Shown: positions 54,301-64,000, numbered from the stretch's first letter. The stretch is 64,000 nucleotides of DNA from an uncultured virus (IMG/VR IMGVR_UViG_3300037863_000082) (IMGVR_UViG_3300037863_000082); one strand, 5' to 3'. Numbers and translations are program-made. The notes: generated by a model not told the origin, from the sequence alone.

Positions 54301-57300
54301 AGTTGTAGCATTGACCGGCGTTGTTTGATTTATTCTTACGTGATACCCCTGGCCAGAGGTTATATTTCCGGCAGGAGTGTCTGCTGTATAAACAACATAA
54401 TCTCCTGTAAAGTAGTTGTGGGTAGGGGTTGTAATAATGTTTGTTGTGGTGTTAACGGTGCTAACGTTTTGAGTGAAACTGATTTCTCTATTAACAGCGC
54501 TGTTGGTCTGAGAAAGTGTTAAAACATCTTCATCCTGAGTAATAAAGATTTTAAAGAGATCACCGTTTTTAAACAGGTTAAAGAAGTTAGTATTGATACC
54601 GCTAAGAATGCTTGAGCCCAGCGTGGTAGTAACTGTTCCTGGGCCGAGCACCTCGGCACCTACGTTATATGTTAAGAAAGAATGATTTTCATCTGAGCCC
54701 AAAGATCCTTCATCGGCTAGCTGCGCGCCGATGTTGATGGAGTTCCCTAGGTTAGCGTTCTGTCTAGTGGATGCTACAGTAAACCAGTCCTTGCTGATTC
54801 TTATAACATAGTAAACATTGTTATTGTCTAGACCTGATATTCTTTCTAGCGTAGAAAATGCGCTAAGGGTTGCTGTTCCATAGTCTTCTGTTTCGCCATA
54901 CCCTATTATTACCTCTTCGTCAATAACATCTATATAGTGGGTTCCGCTACCTGCTGTAAGCAGGTCTATGGCATTTGCTTCGACCAAAGAGTCTTCATAT
55001 GTTTCGTGAAGGTAGAACTGGTCTGCGTCAAAAACTCTAACATAATAAGTATCTCCGGAGGTAACTCCGGTTGGTGGATCTACAGAGTTAAATACTACAG
55101 CCTGGCCTGTAGAAAGATTATGATCTGCTGTGGTAGTAATAAGATCGAGCGTATCATTAATAAATGTAGACTCCAGTGTCTCAATTATGTTGCTCTCAAT
55201 TCCCCAAACTTTTACTCTATCTGTGTCTGATGCTGCGTCTGAAGAGCTTGTGTGCAGAGAAAAAGTGTCGGAACTTATAACGTTTACATAATAAGAAGCG
55301 TTATTCTGTAATCCTGGAATTTCTTGTGATGGGCTTTCTACAATATAAACAAGCTCTTGTTCGGTTATCAAGCCGTGGGATGGTATCGTAAATACGCCAG
55401 TAGACTCATTAACCCCGTCGGTGTTTTGTTCCAGAGATATCTCTGATGATTGATTATAAATAATTTCAGCACCATTATATAGCTTGTGGTTTTCGTAACG
55501 AATTGCATTGAACCCTGAACTAAAATCATCATAGGGGTTAAATGTTATCGATCTGGGGCTAAGAACTGCGTTTGTTGGTGTTAGTGTAAATTCTGTGGAC
55601 CCTGGGCCACCAACCTTAACATCTAAATCGTAAATACCGTCAACGGCGTTCTGGGCTACGTTGCTAAGCTCTTGAATTCCTGTCGCAGTAGTTAAAAGAT
55701 TTACAAACTCTTTTCTTCTAAGAGAAAGAGACGTTCCCTCAATAAATGAAAGGATTGGGGCTCTGAGGTCTGAATAAGAGTCTCCGGTTTGATTAAAAAT
55801 ACCGGCTTCGGCTTCTGATTTTGTGTAATATAGAGCAAATGTCTGTGGGCTTAGCGTTTTAATGTAGTAAACAGATCCTGAAGAAAGGCCAGATATTGGG
55901 GAGGTCGAACTAATTAATACCGATTCTCCGGTAACGAAGTTATCTCTTGAGAATAGTCCTTCTCCGGAACCGTAACCCGTAAAGTCAATCCTATTTATAT
56001 CATTCAGGGCGTCGTCTGCTGTGTTGTGTAGTTGAAAGCTTGTGGTTCCAGTTATCCTGACATAGTAATCATTTTCGCTAGTCAAGCCGCTGATCGGCGT
56101 ACCAAAGTTTGTTGTGGACTCTGGTAGAGCGTAGTAGGTTACCCTGTCCCCGGTAGAAAATCCATGGACGATACTTGTGGTGATTACGTCTGTAGTAAGG
56201 TTTACAAAAGATCCAGAGGCCTGGTTTGGGCAAGTTCTTGTTAGACCAGTCTCGTCGGATCTAAAGAAAGAGCCAACAAGGTCTACAGCATTACCGGTTA
56301 GAGTAATTGTTTTTGTTTCTGAGTCTTCGTTTGTAGAAATCCTAAACCTATCATTTGTTGGAGAAGAAACGTAGTATGTACTGTTGTTGGTAATCTGAGG
56401 CTCTGAGTTCGGTGCGCCAAACGGTCCAGAGTTGTATATTAGCGGAGTGTTCTCAATTAGTCCGTGTGAATTTACAAAAAATGTGTTGGAGCTTTGTGTT
56501 GCTGCTCTTCTGCTAAACCTGATGCTAGAATATAAGGCATCTCTTGTTGGTCGAATTCTTCGAATTCTTCCCGAAGAGCCGTTTTCTCTGAACCTAATGC
56601 TTGTAGGAGTTGGCTTTTCAATTACCAAACTTGTTCCAACACCAATACCCGATGGTAAGCCAACACCCTCAATAAACCATCCAACTTCACCACTATAAAT
56701 ATCAACCCTGTCGGAGGTCACGTTGTTCATGGCCCCTTCGTAGGTTCTGTGGAATGCCAAAACTGTGTTGGATATGTGCCTAATATAGTGAAGTGAACCA
56801 TGCTTAAATTGTGGATTTTCGTTACCAAATTGTGGTAGCCGAACAACTCGAACCTGCTGTCCCGTTTTAAATTGATTATTGTAATCAGTGTTGAAATAGT
56901 TAGCACCGTAGTTATTAACACTTCCAATCTGACACCAAGCATTGACTGGGATAAATGTTGAAATTGCGCTACCGACCCACTGAATGCTTAGGTTTGTAAC
57001 TGTGTGGGAATTGTCTGGGGGTCTGCGCATGTCAAGCTCCATTACATTTCTGATCGCTTCGTCCCTTGTCCTATAAATTCTAAAGATATCATCACTGCTG
57101 ATATCTCTAAAGTAAAAGTTAACATCTTCTGGTAACTTTTCTACCTTTTTAACTGCGTGCCAGCCCGATGCGCCGGTCAAGTTTACTCTGTTTGTATCTG
57201 CAATGGCGTGAGCCCTACAAAAATAAAATGCCACAGTTGTATCGCTAATTTTATTTACAAAATACTGAAGTCTGCTAGAAAGTCCACTAATTGATCCGCT

Positions 57301-60300
57301 AAGGCTCCAGAAAGAAACGTTGTCTCCTGTCTCAAATCCGTGATTAAATTCAAAAGTAATTGTTTCGTCTGTTGTGTTTATTTGAGTAAGGTCTCCCTGA
57401 ATGTCAAGACCGTAAAATCTAGTAAGTGTGGCGTTACCGATTGGGGTACCGGAAAGGTCTCTCTTGCTCACACCGTTTCTTGCGTCAGCCCTGCTTGAGT
57501 GCAATGTAAAGCTTGTCTCGTCAATTACATTTGGAAAGTACCAGTCTTGATTTGAAAGCCCAGTGATTGGTGTGTTTTCTTGAACTACATAATATAGCTG
57601 CTCTCCGGTGTGAAAACCGTGTGGTGTTGGGGTAGTAATAATGTCGGTCGCTGTATCTACAGTTGCAGAGCTTTGAGCAAATTCATAATAGTGGTTTGGT
57701 GCATAGAAAAGTCCAGTGGTTTCATCCAGGACACTTCTAAATTCTGCCCAACCACCCCTTGGGGTTAACGCAATAAGTCCCGTGGCACCTCCGATAATAG
57801 CGTTTTCCCTGGTGTCATAAAGTCTAAATACGCTAGTTGAATCAAATCTAAAGTATGCCTCCTGATCTTCTATGTTCCTTAGAACATCTGGTAGGTTTTC
57901 CTGATGAATTAATGTACAGTTACCCATTCCCCTTGAGGTTATCGTTACTGGGTTTGCTCCTGAGTTTGCATCTGCTTCTGTTGTGTGCAGGGTAAGAACG
58001 TTTATGGTGATTCTTCTTAAGAAATAATCGGTTTCTTCGTCTAAACCGGCTGGGAGCACAGTGATTGCTCCGGCCTTCTGTACTCGAACCCTGTCACCAT
58101 TCCTAGTATCTACATAACCGTTCCATAAAGAAATCTGACCATTGTTAATGTTAACGTCTCTAGCGTTAAAGCTAATAATGGAAGGAATCTGTTTCCAGGT
58201 AACCTTGTCTCCGTTTTTAAAGCCATATGTAAAGTAGTGCTCGTCTACACCACTAGTTGTAGACCACTGACTGTTTAAGACGTTTATAGACTGGCAGTTA
58301 ACAATCATAGAAGCTGGTCTGGTCTGGTGTTTCATTTTTGTACCATTTGGAATGTAGTACAGAGTTTTTCCAGATCTTGGATAAATTAGTGGGCTATCAA
58401 CATTAAGGTTGATAGCGGGGTAAAGATAAACATCTTCGTAGGTAGTTAAGTCTACCCTTGTTTGAGGAACAGGAACGTCTGTTTCAAGAGAATTGTCAAA
58501 AGACTCTACAGTAAGAACGTCTCCACTGTTTAGATTAGAGAATGCATTTTGCCCGACGGTAAGATCGTTTATAGAAGACCTATTCTCAACCGTTGTTGCT
58601 GGTACAATCCAGGTTGTACCGGTTATAACGGTGCCTGAAAGAACGTGCTCCTGAGTTAAGGCAGCGTCTGTATATAGTTTAAAGAATCTGTTTTGTTTTT
58701 CAACAATAATTTCAAGGTCTATTGAGCCTGTGCTTGTAATATCTAGCCTGCTGTTGTTTGCAATGGCTCCGGCCCTTGTGGTATGCAAAGTAAAGGTGCT
58801 ATCGTTAATAACACGAATATAGTAATAGGTACCTTCACCAATATTTCCCGGTGTGGTTTCTCCTTTTCTTCTCCAAAGTCTAACCTGGTCTCCAGTTTGC
58901 CAGTATCCAGAGCTTAGGCTAGAGTTAGAGACACCCTCCGTGTTTCCATTTAGTGGCATTGAGCCCAAAAGGTCAAAATCTGATCCTGGCGTAATGGTAA
59001 TTCTGTCAGTTGAGACGTTTACACCCAAAGCCCCAAATCTTAAAATAGCATTTCCTGCAGATGTGGGTAGGTTAGTTACATTGCTTCCATCATAATTCTT
59101 TAAGTAGAACTTATACCATGTTGGAGTGTACGCATCATTAGAGGTATAGTTTTTAAAAGACATAGTTGTTGCTGCTGGTTGAATTCCAGTACTGGTAGAA
59201 AAAACGTAAACTTCTTGTGCTTCTGAAGAGTTTGTATCACGATACGGCTGCCTTAGCTGCATAACGCTGTCTGTGTATAAAGCTTCTATTCTGTAGCACT
59301 TTGCTAATTGGTGATACCCAAAGTTTGTATCACCCATAGAAGAAATATCGTGAACAGATGGTGGTCTGTAATTTACATCAAATTCAGAAACTGTAAGCTG
59401 AATAGTGTTTTCGTCAAGTACGCCAACCCAATATGGAGTTCTATATCTTCCAACATTACCCATTGCACTATCTGTATGGATGTTGCCCTCGTCAGCGGTC
59501 TGGCTGTCTGTTTCTACATCTACTGCTGGAATATACATAACCATGTCTCCGTTATTAAACGGATGATTTGGAACGTTTATTGTATTATAATATACGTCTA
59601 CGTCATCAGACGTAAACTTTGCACTATAAGCACCGTCCCAGTCTTGATAAGTGTATGCTTCTTTTATTTGAGTATAAGAGTCTATTTCTGGAGTTGTTAA
59701 GTTTTCAAAGTCAGAGGGGTCTATTAGAGAGGCGTCAAACTTGTATGTCTTACCACCAACGCTGTTGCTCAATACAAACCTGGTTCCTTCAGAGAATCCG
59801 TGTGGATGTGGCGTTTTTACAGTAAGTCTTGATGGGTCTAGGCCATCGGTGGTGATCGAATCTAACACATCTAGCTTTGCCTGTGTCCCTTGGTAAAGTC
59901 TACCAATATACATCACTGTTTCTTCTTTTATAATATTGAAGAAGCTGCCCTCCGAAGCGCCTGGCCTGGTCTGTACCTCTTTACAAACATAGGTAAATTC
60001 TTTATCATTAATTACGTTGTCTACAACAAATGCACCATTAGCACTAAAAGAATCTACACCCTGAACAATTAGTGGAGAACCAACAACAAGTCCGTGATCT
60101 GTGTTTGTTGTTACTACAAGTGTAGATGAACCAACAGTTGCGGTAACGATAGAAACATCAATAGGTGGGTCTCCTGGTCTTGCAAAAAATGTTGGAATAT
60201 TGTTTACTCGTTCAAGTGTCTCCCACTTTGTCTCCTGAAGGCCATACTCAAAGTCTGTATCAATAAGGTTCTCTGGCTGAGAGACGCGAATCTTGCTAAC

Positions 60301-60378
60301 TGGATCAACAAAGGTTGCAATAGGTGAAACTTCGTTTTTACCCTCTGCGGCGGAGTCCTTAAGATATCTAAGCGACAT
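51355..60378 (-). CDS. Giant virion/adhesin-like repeat protein (3007 aa)
   Basis: About 20 degenerate ~70-aa repeats (HG.xTGD.V.Y...YYV....F.L..T...A) between non-repeat termini. Confidence 0.8.
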   Translation of the reverse strand: MSLRYLKDSAAEGKNEVSPIATFVDPVSKIRVSQPENLIDTDFEYGLQETKWETLERVNNIPTFFARPGDPPIDVSIVTATVGSSTLVVTTNTDHGLVVGSPLIVQGVDSFSANGAFVVDNVINDKEFTYVCKEVQTRPGASEGSFFNIIKEETVMYIGRLYQGTQAKLDVLDSITTDGLDPSRLTVKTPHPHGFSEGTRFVLSNSVGGKTYKFDASLIDPSDFENLTTPEIDSYTQIKEAYTYQDWDGAYSAKFTSDDVDVYYNTINVPNHPFNNGDMVMYIPAVDVETDSQTADEGNIHTDSAMGNVGRYRTPYWVGVLDENTIQLTVSEFDVNYRPPSVHDISSMGDTNFGYHQLAKCYRIEALYTDSVMQLRQPYRDTNSSEAQEVYVFSTSTGIQPAATTMSFKNYTSNDAYTPTWYKFYLKNYDGSNVTNLPTSAGNAILRFGALGVNVSTDRITITPGSDFDLLGSMPLNGNTEGVSNSSLSSGYWQTGDQVRLWRRKGETTPGNIGEGTYYYIRVINDSTFTLHTTRAGAIANNSRLDITSTGSIDLEIIVEKQNRFFKLYTDAALTQEHVLSGTVITGTTWIVPATTVENRSSINDLTVGQNAFSNLNSGDVLTVESFDNSLETDVPVPQTRVDLTTYEDVYLYPAINLNVDSPLIYPRSGKTLYYIPNGTKMKHQTRPASMIVNCQSINVLNSQWSTTSGVDEHYFTYGFKNGDKVTWKQIPSIISFNARDVNINNGQISLWNGYVDTRNGDRVRVQKAGAITVLPAGLDEETDYFLRRITINVLTLHTTEADANSGANPVTITSRGMGNCTLIHQENLPDVLRNIEDQEAYFRFDSTSVFRLYDTRENAIIGGATGLIALTPRGGWAEFRSVLDETTGLFYAPNHYYEFAQSSATVDTATDIITTPTPHGFHTGEQLYYVVQENTPITGLSNQDWYFPNVIDETSFTLHSSRADARNGVSKRDLSGTPIGNATLTRFYGLDIQGDLTQINTTDETITFEFNHGFETGDNVSFWSLSGSISGLSSRLQYFVNKISDTTVAFYFCRAHAIADTNRVNLTGASGWHAVKKVEKLPEDVNFYFRDISSDDIFRIYRTRDEAIRNVMELDMRRPPDNSHTVTNLSIQWVGSAISTFIPVNAWCQIGSVNNYGANYFNTDYNNQFKTGQQVRVVRLPQFGNENPQFKHGSLHYIRHISNTVLAFHRTYEGAMNNVTSDRVDIYSGEVGWFIEGVGLPSGIGVGTSLVIEKPTPTSIRFRENGSSGRIRRIRPTRDALYSSIRFSRRAATQSSNTFFVNSHGLIENTPLIYNSGPFGAPNSEPQITNNSTYYVSSPTNDRFRISTNEDSETKTITLTGNAVDLVGSFFRSDETGLTRTCPNQASGSFVNLTTDVITTSIVHGFSTGDRVTYYALPESTTNFGTPISGLTSENDYYVRITGTTSFQLHNTADDALNDINRIDFTGYGSGEGLFSRDNFVTGESVLISSTSPISGLSSGSVYYIKTLSPQTFALYYTKSEAEAGIFNQTGDSYSDLRAPILSFIEGTSLSLRRKEFVNLLTTATGIQELSNVAQNAVDGIYDLDVKVGGPGSTEFTLTPTNAVLSPRSITFNPYDDFSSGFNAIRYENHKLYNGAEIIYNQSSEISLEQNTDGVNESTGVFTIPSHGLITEQELVYIVESPSQEIPGLQNNASYYVNVISSDTFSLHTSSSDAASDTDRVKVWGIESNIIETLESTFINDTLDLITTTADHNLSTGQAVVFNSVDPPTGVTSGDTYYVRVFDADQFYLHETYEDSLVEANAIDLLTAGSGTHYIDVIDEEVIIGYGETEDYGTATLSAFSTLERISGLDNNNVYYVIRISKDWFTVASTRQNANLGNSINIGAQLADEGSLGSDENHSFLTYNVGAEVLGPGTVTTTLGSSILSGINTNFFNLFKNGDLFKIFITQDEDVLTLSQTNSAVNREISFTQNVSTVNTTTNIITTPTHNYFTGDYVVYTADTPAGNITSGQGYHVRINQTTPVNATTFTLHETKQDAFDNINIVNITSSGSGTAIFTQQDQFYSPTHTYTDGQTASYTSSEIMSTLIDGRLYYIGRNSNIRELFSTNIATNDIVTTNAVHGLTTGDAVRFESAVSPEPLVSGREYFIRTTSTSAFYLYNNRADSLSDSNRVDILTTGSGTHKFVQTEKSNTFRFYPSYDEAIAAAGTQDGVQVELVSTAGNAVVTSKYAGAVFESKVLGVRSATGIVLEDEIPEFASDDITPIGTQSGFQYALVTSLFVKADGFALHRPFDGGVELTPSLNPDSSIIRQTRRYFRYQSGKGIQVSYGINFNAPKQIEAFTVDINTGIATIKTRYPNKVTDQLSITTEGASDTNLGTARTFLQNSTNVDVDANTINIGSQQSFVNGEAVLYQTPGVELGGIESNVKYWVRNAGGTRYYIYASLSDALVGGEDGRIDITMPTEGDAATLTPVNSWIGTFGVTEVVNDDTFKVLLDGIPQSGSSSGFSQFTPASWSGSLLRCGIFDDQNGLFFEYDGQQLYACRRSSVEQISGTVTATFNSSLIVGENTKFISQLTAGDKVVIRGQSYKVVHIASENSLSIQPAYRGVTKGNVVVTKTVDTKTPQNQWNLDKADGTGPSGLILNLTKMQMAYIDYSWYGAGKVRFGFKAKNGEVLYFHEYVHNNQFTEAYMRSGNLPARYEVLNLANPTYSPTIAHWGTSVIMDGRFDNDDAYFFTASGSTLSFSNTAEQQTFQGRISQTNAIFNTTIDGVFTPVYFVNAIDSVAVRSIRPGTEISGLYIQAGTKTLFQPQSIGGNRARVYIDKQPTGTSVLDTTYNYGPLADAIPTLFPLVSVRLGPAVDNSLVGAIGQREIINRMQLNLKNVGILTTHDVEIKLILNGNTDNLLFTNIAQPSLSQIIQHGKGDTISGGVELYTFRVSGASSATASIAQATNIDLADIIELGNAIQGGDGIFPDGPDLLTISASVIDTALIGAATPFRVGGRISWTESQA

Positions 60379-60700
60379 ACTCTACCCCACTGATAGTAAC
60401 TGTAACTGCGTTACCTGGCTGAGTAATATAAAGACTAGAGGCTGCCGGCACAACAATCGAAGTGTCATAAGCTAGGGTGTTTCCAACTGTCAATTCTGCC
60501 TCGTTTAATATCTTGTTAGAGTTTGCCGCCTCCGCACCACCAACAAGAATATGTAAAGAAAATGTTGTTGTTGCGTTAGAGGTATTTGTTCCATTGATTG
60601 ACTTGATTATAGCATAGCTCCCTGCCGCTTCGGGAGAGTCGTAAATTGAACCAATTGTGTCATTGCCTATATACAATAACGAAGGCACTAAAGCTGCCAT
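60368..60700 (-). CDS. Small beta-rich virion-associated protein
   Basis: IIKSINGTN...VTISGVEY; coupled to the giant gene. Confidence 0.7.
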   Translation of the reverse strand: MAALVPSLLYIGNDTIGSIYDSPEAAGSYAIIKSINGTNTSNATTTFSLHILVGGAEAANSNKILNEAELTVGNTLAYDTSIVVPAASSLYITQPGNAVTVTISGVEYVA

Positions 60701-60713
60701 TACTTGCTACCTC

Positions 60714-61394
60714 CTATGCGTATGTCCAAAACAAAACCTCCAGATCACTAGTACCATTTTTCCACTCAGTACCATCATACACTAGTATATCATCTCGTTG
60801 GGGATCTGTTATGCTAACATCAGAAAGATCTCCTATTACTGATGGAACACCTGGTAGATCGCTAAGGTTTATCTGACCAGCTTCCCAGTTTCCTGTTGAT
60901 GAATTATACAGAATAGTGTCTGAGTTAGATGGTGTCTCTGCAGAAACGTCATCAATATCATTCAAGGACCTGACTGGGTCTGCCCAGCTTATATCATACT
61001 CGTCGCTAGAATTTTTTTGAGGAACCTGTCCCGTTGTACCGCCTGATAGGTTAAGATTTCCTATAGACATGTCTGTGTAGTTGTTTGCTTCTGACTGTGC
61101 TGAGGCAATATCGTCTGCAATGTCTGTAAAAAAGTTTGGATTGTTCTCTATTGCTGCGGCAAGCTCTTCCAGTGTGTCGAGAACTTCTGGTGCGGCACCA
61201 ATAAGGTCTTGAATTAATTGCTGAACGCTTGAGGCATCTTCAAAATAACCTAAGTCATTCCATGGCGTAATTCCATCGCCTATTTTAAACTTATTATTAT
61301 CTAGCTCATATCCAATTTCTGCAGCAGCGAGAATGGGGTTGACAGAAGTCCACTGAGACTCAAGTCCGCGCCTCTGCTGCATTCTTTGTATCAT
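60714..61394 (-). CDS. Tail-fibre-like protein (Mtd/hyaluronidase-type N-terminal domain)
   Basis: QQRRG..W...NPILAAAEIGYE...KFKIGDG, APEVLDTLEELAAA, two L.D..DV...L.Y...W repeats. Confidence 0.75.
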   Translation of the reverse strand: MIQRMQQRRGLESQWTSVNPILAAAEIGYELDNNKFKIGDGITPWNDLGYFEDASSVQQLIQDLIGAAPEVLDTLEELAAAIENNPNFFTDIADDIASAQSEANNYTDMSIGNLNLSGGTTGQVPQKNSSDEYDISWADPVRSLNDIDDVSAETPSNSDTILYNSSTGNWEAGQINLSDLPGVPSVIGDLSDVSITDPQRDDILVYDGTEWKNGTSDLEVLFWTYA

Positions 61395-61449
61395 TTTTTC
61401 TCCATAATAGTTCTATTTAATTATAACATTTTTATTAAAGTTGAGTTTG

Positions 61450-61938
61450 TTACTTTTTTACAACATCCCAACACTGGCCTTCTTCATTCCAAGAGTACCT
61501 TTTGTCATCTGGCAAGTCTTTCATCGGTGGATTTACTGGAGCAATCCAAGAATTATAGTTAGAATCAAATATCCAGGAAGGATAAGGCTTGGCTGGCAGC
61601 GGGGTAGTAATTTCAAAGCTGCCGGCAAAACTGTAGTTTATGTCCTCTATCCAGGCTTCAATCTTATATTTTGTGTTTGGCTCTAGCTGATCTACGACAG
61701 AAAATGCAAGAATGTCCTCATTGCTTTCTATGTACCTTACCCTTGATGGTGGGAAGTTTCCAAATTGAATAATATCATTATTTGAATTAAAAAACTTAAA
61801 CCCCAGTTTTACGTTAACAAATTTTACGCCAAGACCATTGTTGTCACGAACGCCGATTCCAATATCTACAGATGATGGATCTGCCTCTCCATCTATAGTC
61901 CAATTCTTTTTATCAACGTGTGCAATAAGTTTAATCAT
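61450..61938 (-). CDS. Hypothetical fibre-associated protein
   Basis: C-terminal PYPSW...WIAPV..P...YSWNE; TATAAT-6 nt-ATG. Confidence 0.7.
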   Translation of the reverse strand: MIKLIAHVDKKNWTIDGEADPSSVDIGIGVRDNNGLGVKFVNVKLGFKFFNSNNDIIQFGNFPPSRVRYIESNEDILAFSVVDQLEPNTKYKIEAWIEDINYSFAGSFEITTPLPAKPYPSWIFDSNYNSWIAPVNPPMKDLPDDKRYSWNEEGQCWDVVKK

Positions 61939-61945
61939 TTTACTA

Positions 61946-64000
61946 TTATACCTTATATCTAACTATAACAATGCCGGGAAGGCCTGGGCTGCTGGGACCC
62001 ATTCTTTGATTTGGATTTCCCGCAGCTTCTCCGGAGGCCCTTCCGCCACCGCCGCCGCCACCGCTTGTAGTCGCTGCTCCTCCGGAAGAAGAAGTTCGAA
62101 CACCACCGTTTCCACCCCTAGCATATTCTGTGATTAGGCCGGTTATTCCAGAAGTTCTACCTAAAGATGCTACTCTTACTTGAGTTGCGGCAATGGGGTT
62201 TCCAGAACTTCCTCCAGCGCCGCCTTGGCCATTGTTTGATGTTATCTTTGAACCTGTATTTCCCTGACCAGATATTCCTGTTCCAACAGAACCGCCTCTC
62301 CAAACGGCACCACCGCCCGATCCACCACTCTTCCCGCTGCGGCCCTGGCCGGACCCCCCGCCTCCGCCACCAGTAGCTGTGACAACAAAAAAAGAAGAAA
62401 TTCCTCCGTTATTTCCTGGCGGACACACTGTGGGTGACCCAACAGAGGTTCCTCCGGAACCAATCAAAATAGTAAAATTTTCTGGAGAAGAAATCTCTAT
62501 AGTACCGGAGACAACACCACCGGCGCCGCCGCCCGCTCCGGCCTCATACTCATTGTCTGCTGCGCCACCAGAGGCCCCTCCGCCTACAATAAGGTATTCT
62601 AATATATTTGCATTTGGATCGTCACTTAATCCAAGGACAGAAAACTCTCCGGAACCTATTGAAGAAAATTGGTGAACCCTATAGATAATCCCTTGATCGT
62701 CTATATCAAAAGTTGTTCCACCCGTAGCGGTTAAAGCAGTAAATGCACTAAATCCAATTGGATATCTAATTATTACTATTCCGCTGCCGCCTGGGCCGCC
62801 TAAGCTGTTTGTGATAGCCCTAGCCCCCCCACCGCCGCCGCCTAATCCGTTAGATCCGGAAGGAGCGGTGTTTGTTACAGAGTCATAGTTTTGTCCGTTT
62901 GCTCCACCACCGGAACCTCCGGAGGCTCCTGGGTTATCTATACTTACAGAACCCGCCCCACCGCCACCGCCGTAAGAAAGATAGGATCCCGATAAATTAA
63001 ATGGCTTACCGTTGCCTCCGGATCCGGGTATTGTTGATGATCCATTAGCCCCAACCTGAGAGGCTCCACCACCTCCACCAGAAGATCCGGATCCATCTGA
63101 TGAGCCCGAGCCGTTGCCGCCAAGATACCCTTGTATAGAAGATCCAGAACCAGTCCCTGCACCTGGGGTACCATTTCCAGCAGCCCCACCGCCAGATCCA
63201 CCATTCTGTCCAGCTTTGTCTAGGGTTACAGAAGAGCCACCCCTTGCCCCACCACCTCCACCAATAGAAGAAACCCCAAACACAGAAGAGTTTTCTCCTT
63301 TGCTTCCCCTAGAATTAATAAAAGATGCTAAAGCGCCGTTTCCAACAATTACGTTGTATACTCCAGGAGATATAACTGAAGTTCCATAGACTAGACCGCC
63401 GCCTCCGCCACCCGCCCCAGAGCCTAGGGAGCTCCCAGCGCCACCAGAACCTCCTCCGGCAACAGAAAGGAAAGATACGGTATCGCTTGATTCTCCTAGA
63501 CTTATTACCTCAAATGTTCCGCTAGCGGAAAAGATATGAGATCTGTACCTAAGTCCACCATCGTTATATTCAACAATAGTGCCACCAATTGCTTGTATTT
63601 GTCTAACCGGATAGCTGAGATCTACCCAGTCTGCCCCATCAAATCTTTTTGTTTCTTCAAAGTCTACCCAGTCCGAGCCATCCCACTTTTTTCCAACGTA
63701 GCCGTCTGTTTGTCCGACAACACCACCAATATCTTTAAATATAGTTATGTTTGGCTTAACCAATATGGAAAACTCCCGATCTACCGTTGTTGGAGAAACG
63801 CTTAAAAACGTTCTAATTGTAAAAGTATTATCTCCAGTGAACTGTGGTACGCCGTATATTCTTCCTCTTAAAATATCTAATTCTAGGCCAACGGGAAGGG
63901 TGCTAGAAATAAGTGAATACCCCGTTGCGTTTGCTACAGCAATATTGGCAACATAGTAAGAGCCAACTCGAATTTCTGGGTTAAGTGTAGAATTTTGATT
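61946..64000 (-). CDS. Glycine-rich virion protein with an Ig-like domain, 5'-truncated by the window edge
   Basis: Frame stays open to 64000 (TLPVGLEL...GRIYGVP, putative Ig domain). Two Gly-rich domains each end GIVI(I/V)RY. Confidence 0.8.
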   Translation of the reverse strand, partial: NQNSTLNPEIRVGSYYVANIAVANATGYSLISSTLPVGLELDILRGRIYGVPQFTGDNTFTIRTFLSVSPTTVDREFSILVKPNITIFKDIGGVVGQTDGYVGKKWDGSDWVDFEETKRFDGADWVDLSYPVRQIQAIGGTIVEYNDGGLRYRSHIFSASGTFEVISLGESSDTVSFLSVAGGGSGGAGSSLGSGAGGGGGGLVYGTSVISPGVYNVIVGNGALASFINSRGSKGENSSVFGVSSIGGGGGARGGSSVTLDKAGQNGGSGGGAAGNGTPGAGTGSGSSIQGYLGGNGSGSSDGSGSSGGGGGASQVGANGSSTIPGSGGNGKPFNLSGSYLSYGGGGGAGSVSIDNPGASGGSGGGANGQNYDSVTNTAPSGSNGLGGGGGGARAITNSLGGPGGSGIVIIRYPIGFSAFTALTATGGTTFDIDDQGIIYRVHQFSSIGSGEFSVLGLSDDPNANILEYLIVGGGASGGAADNEYEAGAGGGAGGVVSGTIEISSPENFTILIGSGGTSVGSPTVCPPGNNGGISSFFVVTATGGGGGGSGQGRSGKSGGSGGGAVWRGGSVGTGISGQGNTGSKITSNNGQGGAGGSSGNPIAATQVRVASLGRTSGITGLITEYARGGNGGVRTSSSGGAATTSGGGGGGGRASGEAAGNPNQRMGPSSPGLPGIVIVRYKV

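Noticed and set aside
61946..63763. TTG start at 63763 given by the ORF track
   Set aside because: The frame is open to the window end and encodes an Ig-like segment, so the true start is outside the window.
60714..64000. Diversity-generating retroelement suggested by the Mtd-like N-terminus
   Set aside because: No reverse transcriptase and no TR/VR pair seen; this N-terminal domain is common in ordinary fibres.

Overview
This window is part of a large tailed dsDNA (siphovirus-like) bacteriophage genome, about 40% GC by spot counts, with essentially all real genes on the minus strand. The host is probably actinobacterial, judging from the actinobacterial-type GlyA, class Ib RNR, DnaE replicase and many leaderless promoters. 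In transcription order (64000 to 1) it carries: Ig/glycine-rich and tail-fibre-like virion proteins, a 3007-aa repeat protein, a 1195-aa virion protein, portal, protease/scaffold, major capsid, neck genes, major tail protein, two paralogous tail chaperones, a 2705-aa tape measure, minor tail genes, a replication/recombination block (helicase, primase, SSB, DnaE, MazG, RecA, resolvases, DEDD and Cas4-like nucleases), a GuaB/GMP-reductase-family gene, terminase subunits, nrdIEF, a papain-like protease, six tRNAs interrupted by an HNH endonuclease, and the 5' end of a GC-rich glyA. Most notable: (1) the tail chaperone G/GT pair appears to be encoded by duplicated genes instead of a frameshift; (2) the giant virion protein has nested repeats; (3) a promoter-driven multi-hairpin RNA candidate sits in the tRNA array; (4) a leaderless ORF appears to start at ATT; (5) several tRNAs are non-canonical; (6) glyA looks host-derived. 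All calls come from reading the sequence and recognising motifs; no searches were run.
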